Source: Deltaproteobacteria bacterium
GTDB lineage: Bacteria > Myxococcota > JACRCW01
Direction of reading: 5' to 3'
DNA length: 64,000 nucleotides
Assembly (NCBI GenBank): GCA_016218805.1
Contig: JACRCW010000136.1
Coordinates: 1 to 64,000, forward strand
In this document: one piece after another, positions 17,464-27,304 of the stretch
Position numbering within the stretch: the stretch's first letter is position 1
Layout: each line of letters opens with the position of its first letter
Made by a program: the position numbers and the translations under genes
Notes under the pieces: model-generated
Seen by the model: only the letters and a program-made list of their open reading frames with translations
Databases searched by the model: none
What the model was told of the DNA's origin: nothing

Positions 17464-18672
17464 ATGCGCCTCATCACTCAACACCTGCGCCCCGCGCCCG
17501 CGCTGGGGCGTCCTCCCCGGACGTGGTACCTCGAACCCGTGGCCGAACCGACACCCAGCGTCCCACCCGCGGAGTTGCTGCGCTCGTCGTCGCGCGCGCG
17601 CATGTTCATCCTGGTTGCGTTTCTGCTCACGCGGGTGGCGGTGCTGGGTGCCGCGCACGTAGGGATGGCAACCCATCCGGATCGGTTCAAGGATGAATGG
17701 TCGCAACCGCACGCAGAACCCCGTCCCGCGGCGTGGATGCTGCCGCTGTTGCGTTTTGACGTGTTTTATTACCAGCACATTGCGCGCTACGGTTATGACG
17801 AGGGCGAGAAAGCCACGCTTGGAGTAGCGTTCTTTCCGCTGTACCCGCTGCTGGTGCGCGCGGTGACGTCCGTGGTGGGCGACCTTTTCCTTGCCGCGGT
17901 GCTGTTGTCCAATGCGCTGGCACTGCTGGCCGCGTGGGTGATGCTGCGCCTTGGCACGCGCCTGAAGGATGTGGCCACCGGCACGGCGTGCGCGTTGCTG
18001 CTGCTGCTGGCTCCCGGTTCCGGATTCCTGTCCTACCCGTACACGGAGAGCCTGTTTGCGCTCCTTGTCGCGGTGGCGGTCCTGGCGATTGTCGACGAGA
18101 AGCCCGCAGTCGCCGCGCTTGCCGGCGCGCTGGTGACCGCCACGCGGCCCAATGGCGTTGTTGTTGCGCTGATGCTCGCGCTGGGTGCCTGGCAGCGGCG
18201 CGCGGAGTTGCGCGTGGCGCTCCGGTGGCTGGCTGCGGCGGTGTTCTCCGTCGCCGGGCTCGTTGCGTTCGCGGCGTTCTGCACCGTGCGGTACGGGGAC
18301 CCGCTCGCGTTTTCGCACGTGCAGCAGGCGTGGGGGCGCGAACTCAGCGTATTGGGACCCTTCAAGGCGTTTCTTGCATTTGAGCGGGACCCGGACTTCT
18401 ACGTCGTGGCGCTGGCGGCGTTGGCAATGGCCGTGTGCGCGGTAGGACGGGTTCCGGCCGTGCTGGCGGCGGGCGGCGCGTTCCTGGTGTGGTTGCCGCT
18501 CGCCACCGGCAGCCTCACCAGCATCATCCGCTTTCAATCCGTCAACGTGCCGCTGTTGTGTGCCACCGCGCTGCTCGTGCGGGGGCGTGGGTTGGGCGTC
18601 GTGCTCGGCGTATGCGGCGGATTGATGCTGTATGAGGCGTGCCGGTTCGGCGGCAGCTTCTCCAACAACTGA
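17464..18672 (+). CDS. GT-C mannosyltransferase-like (PIG-V family) membrane protein
   Basis: RFDVFYYQHIARYGY, AFFPLYP, YTESLF and TRPNG motifs; multiple TMs; start uncertain. Confidence 0.85.
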   Translation: MRLITQHLRPAPALGRPPRTWYLEPVAEPTPSVPPAELLRSSSRARMFILVAFLLTRVAVLGAAHVGMATHPDRFKDEWSQPHAEPRPAAWMLPLLRFDVFYYQHIARYGYDEGEKATLGVAFFPLYPLLVRAVTSVVGDLFLAAVLLSNALALLAAWVMLRLGTRLKDVATGTACALLLLLAPGSGFLSYPYTESLFALLVAVAVLAIVDEKPAVAALAGALVTATRPNGVVVALMLALGAWQRRAELRVALRWLAAAVFSVAGLVAFAAFCTVRYGDPLAFSHVQQAWGRELSVLGPFKAFLAFERDPDFYVVALAALAMAVCAVGRVPAVLAAGGAFLVWLPLATGSLTSIIRFQSVNVPLLCATALLVRGRGLGVVLGVCGGLMLYEACRFGGSFSNN

Positions 18673-18693
18673 CCGTGCCCGCGGTCCTGCGCG

Positions 18694-19128
18694 TCAGCGG
18701 CGCCGCCAGGCAACCCAATAGGGAGTGCCCGCGGCATCCCGCAACTTCATCACGTCGTCGCCGCGGCGGACTTCCAGGGCAATGATCGCCGGGCCCATGC
18801 GCGTGTTGGCCTTGGAGCCGGTGACCTCAATGTGGTCTCCGGGGGCCAGCTTGGTCTCCTGATTCTCAATGAACCAATCCGGGCCCAGGTGCAGCGAGAA
18901 TTCGCCGCCCGCGGTGCGGAAGACCGCGTGCATGCCGGTCATGCCGTCCATCATGGACACCTTCTCGACCTTCACGATCTCCCCCTTGAACTCGCCCACC
19001 GTCTTGGGGTCAAACAGGTGCATGTACCGGCCGCCGGCACGGGGCCCGCCGCCCATGGGCTGCCCAATTGCCACCTGGGCCGCGAACACCAGCACCCCCG
19101 TCAACAACGCTCTCTGTAGGTTGATCAT
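18694..19128 (-). CDS. Exported OB-fold-like protein
   Basis: Signal peptide; FDPKTV..GEIVKVE..HLGPDWF..GDHIEVTGS..LRDAAGTPYW; GGAGG SD. Confidence 0.75.
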   Translation of the reverse strand: MINLQRALLTGVLVFAAQVAIGQPMGGGPRAGGRYMHLFDPKTVGEFKGEIVKVEKVSMMDGMTGMHAVFRTAGGEFSLHLGPDWFIENQETKLAPGDHIEVTGSKANTRMGPAIIALEVRRGDDVMKLRDAAGTPYWVAWRRR

Positions 19129-19223
19129 GGAACCTCCTGCCGGCTGGGAGACGCACGGCGGCAGAAGGGTTCAACACGCTGGACGTGAACCGCCGCCCCG
19201 GGCGGGCCAATCAGCCGGGTCGG

Positions 19224-20393
19224 TCAGCACTTGCAGCTTCCGCCTGAGCACAGGGCGGGCGCGGCGGTGGAGTCCTGGACGTCCGCGCCCTTGGTGTCCC
19301 TGGGGTCCCGCAACAGCATGGTCGCGCCGCATGGAAACGGCGGCGCCTGCTCAAGGGGCACCTCCACGCGCGGTTCCACAAAGTCAAAGTGCTCGCGGTA
19401 CGGCGCGCGTGCGTAGATGCGGAAGGTCTTGTCGCAGACGGCCACGCGGGCGCCGCGCCGCAGGACGTGGCCGTCGTCGTCGCGCACCTCCTTGAACGGC
19501 CCGCGGTAGATGACCGCCTGCTTGCGGTCCCAGCATGGTCCTTCCTTCCCGCGGTGGGCAATGACGGTGAGACTCCGGAACTCAATGCCCTCTACGGTGC
19601 GCCAGGGTTTCGCCTGGCGGTCCACGATGGAAATCCCGTAAAACCCGGCGCGCTCAAACGCCTCCAGGAAGCGGTCCTCGCGCATGGCTCCGGAAACGCA
19701 CCCTGTCCACAGGTCCGGGTCCGCCTGCAGGTGTGCCGGCACGTCCTCATCACTGACAATGTCCGAGATGACCGCGCGCCCACCGCGCCTGAGCACGCGG
19801 TGAAGTTCGCCAAACAACCGTCCCTTGTCCTCCCCGCGCACCAGGTTCAGCACGCAATCGGAGACCACCACGTCGACGGACTCGTTGGCGATGAGCGGTT
19901 GCTCCGCGCGCAGCGCTGCCGCGTGGGCCTCCGCGCGCGCGAGGTCGTCGCTGCTGCGCACGGGGTGGTCCCGCAGGTAGGTGTCCATGGCAGAGAGGTC
20001 CAACCGGAGATCCTGGATGCGCGCCTTGTGAAACTCCAGGTTCGAAAAACCCAGCTTCCGGTTGAAGGACGCCAGGTGCCGACGCGCCAGGGCCAGCATC
20101 TCGTCGTTCATGTCCACGCCGATGACGCGGCCGTTGCGGCCCACCACCTGGCTGAGCATGTAGCAGGCCTTGCCCGCGCCTGAGCCCAGGTCGAGCACGG
20201 TCGCGCCCTCGCTGACGTGGCGGGTCGGGTCGCCGCATCCGTAGTCGCGCTCAAGGATCTCGTGCGGAACCGCGGCCAGCAGACCGGGGTTGGACGACGC
20301 CGGGCAGCACAGCCCGACCTCCGCGGAGGTGGCCGCGTGCGTGTACCGGGAGCGGACGGCGTCCTCAACGGAGAGGGCGTGGGTGGTCACCAT
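19224..20393 (-). CDS. Arsenite methyltransferase (ArsM/AS3MT)-like SAM-dependent methyltransferase
   Basis: LCCP, YGCGDP, VLDLGSGAG, VVSDCVLNL and WTGCVSGA motifs; Cys-rich tail. Confidence 0.8.
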   Translation of the reverse strand: MVTTHALSVEDAVRSRYTHAATSAEVGLCCPASSNPGLLAAVPHEILERDYGCGDPTRHVSEGATVLDLGSGAGKACYMLSQVVGRNGRVIGVDMNDEMLALARRHLASFNRKLGFSNLEFHKARIQDLRLDLSAMDTYLRDHPVRSSDDLARAEAHAAALRAEQPLIANESVDVVVSDCVLNLVRGEDKGRLFGELHRVLRRGGRAVISDIVSDEDVPAHLQADPDLWTGCVSGAMREDRFLEAFERAGFYGISIVDRQAKPWRTVEGIEFRSLTVIAHRGKEGPCWDRKQAVIYRGPFKEVRDDDGHVLRRGARVAVCDKTFRIYARAPYREHFDFVEPRVEVPLEQAPPFPCGATMLLRDPRDTKGADVQDSTAAPALCSGGSCKC

Positions 20394-20426
20394 GCACCGT
20401 CAGAGCCACGATCCGCGACGGACGGT

Positions 20427-20837
20427 TCACGCCGCGCGCGCGTAGCGGTCAAAGACGTCCTGCGGCGGTGGGCCCACGTGGTAGGCGGCGACCTTGCCTT
20501 CCACGATCTCCACGGTGCTCGGCGTGGCCATCACTCCCAGCGCCGACGCCACGGCGAGGTCCTGCGACACGTCGACCAGGTGCACGTCAGCATTCTGTTC
20601 GCGCAGGGCGCGCATGCATGGGGTGGTCACGCGGCAGGCGCTGCACGACGGGCTGAAGAAATACAGCAGCGACTGCCGGGCACGGGAAACCTGCGTGCCC
20701 AGGGGGCCCGGCAGGGCGGGCGCGGGCTGCCCGCGGAGTGCCGCAGCGCGACGCCGCACCATGACCTGGGTGACCACCATCAACGCCACCAACGCGCCAG
20801 CGCCCCACACCACAATCTGCTGCAGCCAGTCCATCAT
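20427..20837 (-). CDS. Membrane-anchored thioredoxin family protein
   Basis: N-terminal TM; YFFSPSCSAC; GVMATP. Confidence 0.8.
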   Translation of the reverse strand: MMDWLQQIVVWGAGALVALMVVTQVMVRRRAAALRGQPAPALPGPLGTQVSRARQSLLYFFSPSCSACRVTTPCMRALREQNADVHLVDVSQDLAVASALGVMATPSTVEIVEGKVAAYHVGPPPQDVFDRYARAA

Positions 20838-20899
20838 GCGCGGTGAGAGCCCTGGGAGCGCGTCCGGGTTCAACTCGCCCGTCGGAGATCCGTGCCCGG

Positions 20900-21523
20900 T
20901 CAGCGCTTCTCGGTATCGCGCCGGGGAGACCCGTCGGAGAACGCCATGAGGGCCGCCAGGATGAGCAGGCACGCCACCACCAGCGCCACCATGATCGCGG
21001 TGTTGGTCCGGTACTCCGGCGGAATGGTCTGCAGCGTGGGCACCACGGACGTCCCGCCGGCGTACATCAGCCCCGCAATCACCATGGATGAAATCCCCAC
21101 AATGATGGAACGCGGTGAAACGCGCGTCCGCTGCGACGCCGCTATGGGCGACTCGAATTCCCGCGTCTTGCTCACTTCGTGCATGCCCATGGCGGCGTTC
21201 TGCAGTTGCCGGCGGCGGTCCGGCTCCAGGAACGGGTCGGAAACAATCGCCCGCACCATGTCATCCACCACCTCCTGGAGCCGGGTGCCGGCGCGGCCGG
21301 AAACGCTGTATTCGCGCATGACGCTGCGCATGGTGGCCAGGATGGCGGACGCATTGGGCGGATTGCCCTCCGCCAGCGCAACGGCCAGGTCCCGTAGAAT
21401 GATGTCCTTGGCGGTGTGCCAGCGCGTGCGCCGTGCGCGGCGCTCAGCGAGGAACGACGTGAGCAGGCCAATGGAAATGCTCACCACCGTGCCCACGCCG
21501 CCGCTGAGGAAACTCACGTCCAT
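20900..21523 (-). CDS. Hypothetical membrane protein
   Basis: 207-aa ORF with three hydrophobic segments; AGGAG SD. Confidence 0.6.
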   Translation of the reverse strand: MDVSFLSGGVGTVVSISIGLLTSFLAERRARRTRWHTAKDIILRDLAVALAEGNPPNASAILATMRSVMREYSVSGRAGTRLQEVVDDMVRAIVSDPFLEPDRRRQLQNAAMGMHEVSKTREFESPIAASQRTRVSPRSIIVGISSMVIAGLMYAGGTSVVPTLQTIPPEYRTNTAIMVALVVACLLILAALMAFSDGSPRRDTEKR

Positions 21524-21706
21524 GCACGCTCCTGCCGCGGGTCATCCCGTGTTCTGCTGGATTCCCCGGCATCCTTGCCGCTCCCGCGTTCGCTGTCCAT
21601 CCGGGAGCACCCACGGGTGTGGCGTCGGCAATCTGTGATCCGCGCTGCGTACGGCACCGGCGCGCGGCGGCTTGCCCGGCGGCCTGGTGATGAACACCCT
21701 CATGTC

Positions 21707-22420
21707 ATGGCTATGCGCGCGGCGTTCTCCGCAGCGGGATTGTTCCTCGTGGTGGTGGTGTGCCGCGCCGCGCCACCGGCGGAACAGGAGCACGCCCGCC
21801 GCCAGATGGTGCAGCGTGACCTCAAGGGCCGGGACATTGTGGATCCCGCAGTGCTGGCCGCCATGGGACGCGTGCCACGGCACCTGTTCGTGGAAGACGC
21901 CGTGCGCTGGCTGGCCTACGACGACCGCCCGCTGCCCATCGGGCAGGGGCAGACCATTTCGCAGCCGTACATCGTCGCGTTGATGACGCAGCTCGCGCGG
22001 CCGCAGCCCAGGCACCGCGCGCTGGAGGTGGGCACCGGCTCCGGGTACCAGGCCGCGGTGCTCGCCGAACTGGTGCAGCACGTCTACACGATTGAGATCC
22101 TCTGCCCGCTGGCCGACCGCGCGCGCACCACGCTGGCAGAGCAGGGCTACCGCAACGTGACCGTGCGCTGCGGCAACGGCTACGCCGGGTGGAAGGAGCA
22201 CGCGCCGTTTGACGTCATCCTGGTGACCGCGGCCCCGGACGCGGTGCCACGCGCGCTGCTGGACCAGCTGGCGGTGGGCGGGCGGATGGTGATTCCCGTC
22301 GGCGCGCCCGGTGGAATCCAGCAATTGCGGCTCATCACGCGGCAGGCGGATGGAACGCTGCGCGATGAGGACGTATTGCCAGTGCGTTTTGTTCCCATGA
22401 CGGGCAGCCGCGCACCGTGA
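21707..22420 (+). CDS. pcm: Protein-L-isoaspartate O-methyltransferase
   Basis: VPRHLF, GQTISQPYIVA, LEVGTGSGYQAA, PFDVILVTAA and VRFVPM motifs. Confidence 0.93.
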   Translation: MAMRAAFSAAGLFLVVVVCRAAPPAEQEHARRQMVQRDLKGRDIVDPAVLAAMGRVPRHLFVEDAVRWLAYDDRPLPIGQGQTISQPYIVALMTQLARPQPRHRALEVGTGSGYQAAVLAELVQHVYTIEILCPLADRARTTLAEQGYRNVTVRCGNGYAGWKEHAPFDVILVTAAPDAVPRALLDQLAVGGRMVIPVGAPGGIQQLRLITRQADGTLRDEDVLPVRFVPMTGSRAP

Positions 22421-22425
22421 CGGCG

Positions 22426-23535
22426 TCAATCACCCAGCGCGCGCCGCAGCTCTTGTTGCCATTCCGGCGTGGCAATGACCCGCAGGATTGCCCGGTTCAT
22501 GCGCTCGCGCAGCGGGCTGTCTGAGACCAGGCCAACTGCGTAGTCCTGCCGGTCAAACGTGACCGGTAAGACCTCCAAAACGCCCCCAAACTGCCGGTTC
22601 ACCAGGTGACGCAGCAGCGGTGCGTCATACACAAAGGCATCCAGACCGCCCGCGGCCAGCGCCTGCAGGCCCTCAGCCGGCGTGCCGAACGACCGCCCGG
22701 CCAGCTGGTGTGCGCGGAGGTAGGACTCGCTGGTGGAGGCGGCCACGGTCCCGGTGCGCACGCCCGCCAGCTCCGCGGGGCCGTGGATGGTCCCCTCCAA
22801 CTGGCCCACCGTGAGCGCGGTGGTGATGGTGGCCGTCACGCTGGAAATGAGCACCAGGGACGTTAGCATCCAGATCACCGCCAGCACCCGTCCGCCCGCT
22901 GTGACGGGCGCCTTGTCGCCGTAGCCCACCGTCGTCAACGTGACCGCGGACCACCACACACCTGAGCCTATGCCCTCCGCCAGATTGCCGCCGAATTGCG
23001 ACGCGTTGCGCCGCCGTTCCAACAGCGTCATCAGCGTCCCGGTGGCCAGCAGGACCCCCCCGAGCCACGCGAACAGGCCCAGCATGTCGGGAGAGAACAC
23101 AGCCCGGAGTACCTGGGCGCGCGCACCCGGGCGCACCGGGACGGCAATCGCCAGTCCGGTCGTGTAGAAGGGGTGCGTGAAGTCCATGAAGACCTCGCGC
23201 TCGCCGGTGACAGTGAGCGTGGCCACCACGGCGTCCAGCGTCCCGTCTTTGGCGCCGGCCAGCAGGCCGGGCAGGTCGGCTTCGCGGTATTCAAACTGCA
23301 GCCCCAGTTCCTGCGCCACCTGGTGCCACAAGAAGTGGCTTGCGCCGGCCCAGCGCCCGGCGTCGTCCTTGACGGAGAAAGGCGGGGAAACCTTGGTCCC
23401 AATGACCAGGCTTCGTGCGCCCGGTCCCGCGTCCGGCGCCAGAGCGGTCAACAGCGGTATCACCAGCAGCGTGGTCAGCACGGGCCGCAACGGACCGAAA
23501 CCGCCCGCGGGTGTCAAGGGCAACCTCGGCATCAC
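22426..23535 (-). CDS. GluR0-like ligand-gated K+ channel (split SBP_bac_3 plus pore)
   Basis: S1 ligand-binding half, TM, WWSAVTLTTVGYGD selectivity filter, TM, S2 half. Confidence 0.88.
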   Translation of the reverse strand: MMPRLPLTPAGGFGPLRPVLTTLLVIPLLTALAPDAGPGARSLVIGTKVSPPFSVKDDAGRWAGASHFLWHQVAQELGLQFEYREADLPGLLAGAKDGTLDAVVATLTVTGEREVFMDFTHPFYTTGLAIAVPVRPGARAQVLRAVFSPDMLGLFAWLGGVLLATGTLMTLLERRRNASQFGGNLAEGIGSGVWWSAVTLTTVGYGDKAPVTAGGRVLAVIWMLTSLVLISSVTATITTALTVGQLEGTIHGPAELAGVRTGTVAASTSESYLRAHQLAGRSFGTPAEGLQALAAGGLDAFVYDAPLLRHLVNRQFGGVLEVLPVTFDRQDYAVGLVSDSPLRERMNRAILRVIATPEWQQELRRALGD

Positions 23536-23601
23536 CGTTGCATTTATGGAGGTAACACCGGATAAGCGCGCCTTGCCGGCGCGGGGCCGGATGGACCCAA
23601 C

Positions 23602-24858
23602 ATGAATGCGTTCCTGATTGTACTTCTTGTTACCGCGCTGTTGGAGCAGGTCCCCGCCGCGGACGCCGGGCCGGATGCCGGCAACGCCGTTGAGGTTGAC
23701 GCCGGCAGCGCGCCCGACGCGGCGGTGCCCCCGGCGGAGGACCCTGCTGACGACGAGGATGACGACGCCGAGAGCGACGACGACGACCTCCCGGACGCCC
23801 CGGACGGCGAGGAGGAGCAGGCCGCCGCCGCCGTGCCGGCCCCAGGCGCGCCGGCCCTGAAGTTCACCGGTGACCTAGACGACCCCGCGCTGCTGCAGCG
23901 GTGGAAGGAGGACCCCGCGTCGCTGGGGAGTATTTCCGTGGGTTTTGCGGATGCCGGGAGGATCATCAACGGCGTGCAGTTTCCGCCGGGGCCGTACTGG
24001 TCGGTGGTGGCACCGGAGGTGGCGTGGGGAGTGCAGGAGTCCATTGATTCGGTGATGACCGCCATCACCCAGGTCAACCGGCAGTATCCCGGGTCACCGC
24101 TGCTGCGCGTGAACCACATCAGCCGGCGGGACGGTGGCTACCTGCGCCCGCACCAGAGTCACCAGGCCGGCCGTGACGTGGACCTGGCGTTCTACTACCT
24201 GCGTGAGGTCCCCCCCGGGTACCGCGGCCGCCGCGAGCAGCTCATTGACCCGGCGCGGAACTGGGCGCTCATCAAGGCGTTTGCGACGATGACCGACGTG
24301 CAGGTGATCCTGGTGGACCGGCGGATCCAGAAGGTGCTGTATGACCACGCGCTGGCCTCCGGCGAGGACAAGGCCTACTTGGATGACATCTTCAAGTCCG
24401 GCTCCCGCGCGCTGGTGAAGCACGCGCGCCGCCACCGGGATCACTTCCACGTGCGGCTCAATGCACCGCGCTCCCAGGAACTGGGACGCCGCGTGCAGCC
24501 GCTGCTGGCCCAGCGCCCGGACCAGAACATGATCATCGTCCGGGTGCGCAGTGGCCACACGCTGGGCCACATCGCCGCGAAGTACGACACCAGCGTGCGC
24601 GCCATCATGCGCGCCAACCACATGAAGCGGACGTTCCTGCGCGTGGGGCAGACCCTGGTGGTTCCGCTGCGCGGTCCGTGCACCCAGTGCCCCATGCCGC
24701 CGGAACCCGTGGTGCCTCCCCGTCGCATTCCGCCCGGCTGGGTGGACCCCACCGCTCAGGCCGCTGCGGCCGTGGACGCGGGCGTCCGGCAGCCACCACC
24801 CGCCACCGAGGCCGCACTGGGCGTTGACGCGGGCATTGCCACCACCAGCGAGATGTAG
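23602..24858 (+). CDS. MepA-like penicillin-insensitive murein endopeptidase with LysM domain
   Basis: HQSHQAGRDVD and HRDHFHVR motifs; VRSGHTLGHIAAKY..IMRAN LysM; signal peptide and acidic linker. Confidence 0.85.
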   Translation: MNAFLIVLLVTALLEQVPAADAGPDAGNAVEVDAGSAPDAAVPPAEDPADDEDDDAESDDDDLPDAPDGEEEQAAAAVPAPGAPALKFTGDLDDPALLQRWKEDPASLGSISVGFADAGRIINGVQFPPGPYWSVVAPEVAWGVQESIDSVMTAITQVNRQYPGSPLLRVNHISRRDGGYLRPHQSHQAGRDVDLAFYYLREVPPGYRGRREQLIDPARNWALIKAFATMTDVQVILVDRRIQKVLYDHALASGEDKAYLDDIFKSGSRALVKHARRHRDHFHVRLNAPRSQELGRRVQPLLAQRPDQNMIIVRVRSGHTLGHIAAKYDTSVRAIMRANHMKRTFLRVGQTLVVPLRGPCTQCPMPPEPVVPPRRIPPGWVDPTAQAAAAVDAGVRQPPPATEAALGVDAGIATTSEM

Positions 24859-24903
24859 CCGGCCCCGGCCGGCGCTCACCCACCTCCACCGCGGCGCGCG
24901 TCC

Positions 24904-24949
24904 TTGACTAGGTGTTCATCAGACACTAACGTTCGTGTCAGCTGGACAC
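24904..24949 (+). promoter_or_regulatory. sigma70 promoter overlapped by two NrtR-type operator boxes
   Basis: TTGACT-17 bp-TAACGT; GTGT-N7-ACAC at 24912-24926 and 24935-24949. Confidence 0.7.
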
Positions 24950-24965
24950 AAAACGGAGGTGTGCG

Positions 24966-25934
24966 ATGTTTGGCGTCAACTACGTGAAGGCCAGCCCGAC
25001 GACGTACGTGATGCACTACAAGCGCGGGAAGGTGATGCGCGAAGGCGCGGGGTTGAGTTTCTTCTATTTTGGCCCCAGCTCCACGCTGGTGATGGTGTCC
25101 CTGGCCAGCCGGGATCTCCCGTTTGCGTTCAGTGAGCAGTCCAATGACTTCCAGGCGCTGACCGTCCAGGGACAACTCACATTCCGCGTGGTGCAGCCCA
25201 CCCGCCTGGCGGCACTGCTGGACCACGCGGTGGACAGCAACGGGCGGTACCGGGGGGATGACCCGGATTCGCTGGCGGAACGGCTCACGGCGGTGACGCA
25301 GGTCCACATCCGCGCGGTGGTGGGCCAGTTGCCGCTGCGGGGCGCGCTGCGCGCCGGTGACACGCTGGTGGACCAGGTGCTGGGCACACTCCAGAAGTCA
25401 GACGTGGTGCAGGGACTGGGCGTGGAGGTGATGGGCCTGTCCATTTCATCCCTGGCGCCGGCGCCGGAGATGGCGCGCGCGCTGGAAGCTGAGGCCCGCG
25501 AGTCCCTGCAGCGACAGTCCGACGAGGCGATCTACGCGCGGCGCCGCGCCGCGGTGGAGCAGGAGCGGGTGATCAAGGAGACGGAGCTCAACACGGAGAT
25601 CGCCGTGGAGGAGAAGAAGCGCACCATCCGCGAAACACAGATGGCGGCAGACGTCTCCGTGGAACAGCAACGCGGCGCGCTCATTGACCGCCGCGTGGAG
25701 AATGAACGCAAGGACGCCGACAGCCGCGCGTACGCGCTGGAAGCGACGCTCAAGCCCGTCAAGGACGTGGACTGGCGTACGCTGCTGGCGGTGGGCGGCG
25801 GCGGAAACGATCCGCGGATGATGATTGCGCTCGCGTTCCGCGAGTTGGCCGAGAACGCGCAGAAGATTGGCAGCCTGAATGTGACCCCGGACCTGCTGCA
25901 GGCCCTGCTGGCCCCGGGCGGGAAGAAGCCATGA
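24966..25934 (+). CDS. SPFH/Band-7 domain protein (NrtX-like)
   Basis: SPFH core plus coiled coil (EAIYARR..AVEQER.IKETEL); GGAGG SD. Confidence 0.88.
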   Translation: MFGVNYVKASPTTYVMHYKRGKVMREGAGLSFFYFGPSSTLVMVSLASRDLPFAFSEQSNDFQALTVQGQLTFRVVQPTRLAALLDHAVDSNGRYRGDDPDSLAERLTAVTQVHIRAVVGQLPLRGALRAGDTLVDQVLGTLQKSDVVQGLGVEVMGLSISSLAPAPEMARALEAEARESLQRQSDEAIYARRRAAVEQERVIKETELNTEIAVEEKKRTIRETQMAADVSVEQQRGALIDRRVENERKDADSRAYALEATLKPVKDVDWRTLLAVGGGGNDPRMMIALAFRELAENAQKIGSLNVTPDLLQALLAPGGKKP

Positions 25935-26875
25935 TGGACAAGCTGGTCGTCGTGACGCGCCGCACGCGCCTGGCGGACCTGGTGGCCCGGTTCAACACGC
26001 GGGCGCAGGCGCGCTTCTACATTGAGCACGCGGGCGGAGACTTCCGGGACTACGAGGCGGAGGACGACACCTACCGCCACGCCGTGGACCGCGTGCTGGG
26101 CGAACTGGAGGTGGGCCTCAAGACGCAGGTGCTGGAGCGGGGCCTGGTGCCCACCTACCTGTTTGCGCCCACGGACCTGGTGGTCACGGTGGGCCAGGAC
26201 GGCCTGGTTGCAAACACCGCGAAATACGCGCTGGGCAATACACTGATTGCGGTCAATCCCGACCCGGCGCGGTTTGACGGGGTGCTGCTGCCCTACCAGG
26301 TGGACGGTGTGCGGCGCGCGGCGGAGCGCGTGCTGGCCGGCAAGGCGCGCGTGCGCGAGGTGACACTGGCGGAGGCGCGGCTGGACGACGGGCAGCGGTT
26401 GCTGGGGTTCAACGACCTGTTCCTGGGCGCGCAGAGCCACGTGTCCGCGCGCTACCGCATCCGCTGGGGTGACCAGGAGGAGCCGCAGTCCTCGTCCGGC
26501 GTGCTGGTGTCCACCGGCGCGGGGTCCACGGGATGGATGTCCTCCGTGTTCAACATGGCGGCGTCCATTGCACGGCTGGGCGGGCAGCCGCCCACGCCCT
26601 ACCACGGGTGGCAGTGGGAGGAGCGACGGCTCATGTTTGTGGTGCGTGAACCTTTCCACAGCCGCACCAGCCGCATTGCCCTCACGGCGGGCTGGGTGGA
26701 AGAGGGCGCGGCGCTGCGCGTGGAGAGCCTGATGCCCTCCGGCGGCGTGATCTTCTCGGACGGGGTGGAAGCGGACCGGCTGGCGTTCAACGCCGGTGCC
26801 AGCGCCACGCTGCGCGCGGCCCCGGAGAAGGCGCGGCTCGCGTGGGGTGAAAGCGGGGAGCCTGATCATGCATGA
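25931..26875 (+). CDS. NAD kinase-like protein (NrtY-like)
   Basis: VTVGQDG (GGDG variant), GFND and VSTGAGSTGW motifs; ATGA overlap with the SPFH gene. Confidence 0.82.
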   Translation: MMDKLVVVTRRTRLADLVARFNTRAQARFYIEHAGGDFRDYEAEDDTYRHAVDRVLGELEVGLKTQVLERGLVPTYLFAPTDLVVTVGQDGLVANTAKYALGNTLIAVNPDPARFDGVLLPYQVDGVRRAAERVLAGKARVREVTLAEARLDDGQRLLGFNDLFLGAQSHVSARYRIRWGDQEEPQSSSGVLVSTGAGSTGWMSSVFNMAASIARLGGQPPTPYHGWQWEERRLMFVVREPFHSRTSRIALTAGWVEEGAALRVESLMPSGGVIFSDGVEADRLAFNAGASATLRAAPEKARLAWGESGEPDHA

Positions 26876-26902
26876 ATTGGCTGCTTTCTCCAGCGCCGCG
26901 CC

Positions 26903-27304
26903 TCAGTCCACCCAGCGGAACAATTCCACGCGTTCAAACGCCCCGCCGCAGGCGCACGGCGTGGCCGCGTCTGCCGTCTGGAAAACCCCGCAGGAACGGC
27001 AGACCCAGCCGTCCTTTTCCATGCCGAACATGGAGCCGTCCCGGCGCTTCCGGAACACCAGGATGGCCGTCAGCAAGACCCACACCGCCAACAAGCTCAA
27101 CGCACCCGTGCGGGAGGTGAGGTCCGCCCGGGGTCCCGGGCCGACGTGGCGCCGGCTGACGTGGACACCGGCGACGGACATCAGCGCGGCGATTGCGGAG
27201 GCCACGGTGCTGAACACCACCGGCCCCAGGATGCTCCGGCGGTCACGCTGGCGCCGCGTCAGCGCGTCCCGGGCGTCGTCTTCGTCACGCGGAATCCAGG
27301 GCAT
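26903..27304 (-). CDS. Hypothetical membrane protein with C-terminal zinc ribbon
   Basis: Two TMs; CRSC..CACG; start MPWIPR after GGGGAG. Confidence 0.55.
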   Translation of the reverse strand: MPWIPRDEDDARDALTRRQRDRRSILGPVVFSTVASAIAALMSVAGVHVSRRHVGPGPRADLTSRTGALSLLAVWVLLTAILVFRKRRDGSMFGMEKDGWVCRSCGVFQTADAATPCACGGAFERVELFRWVD

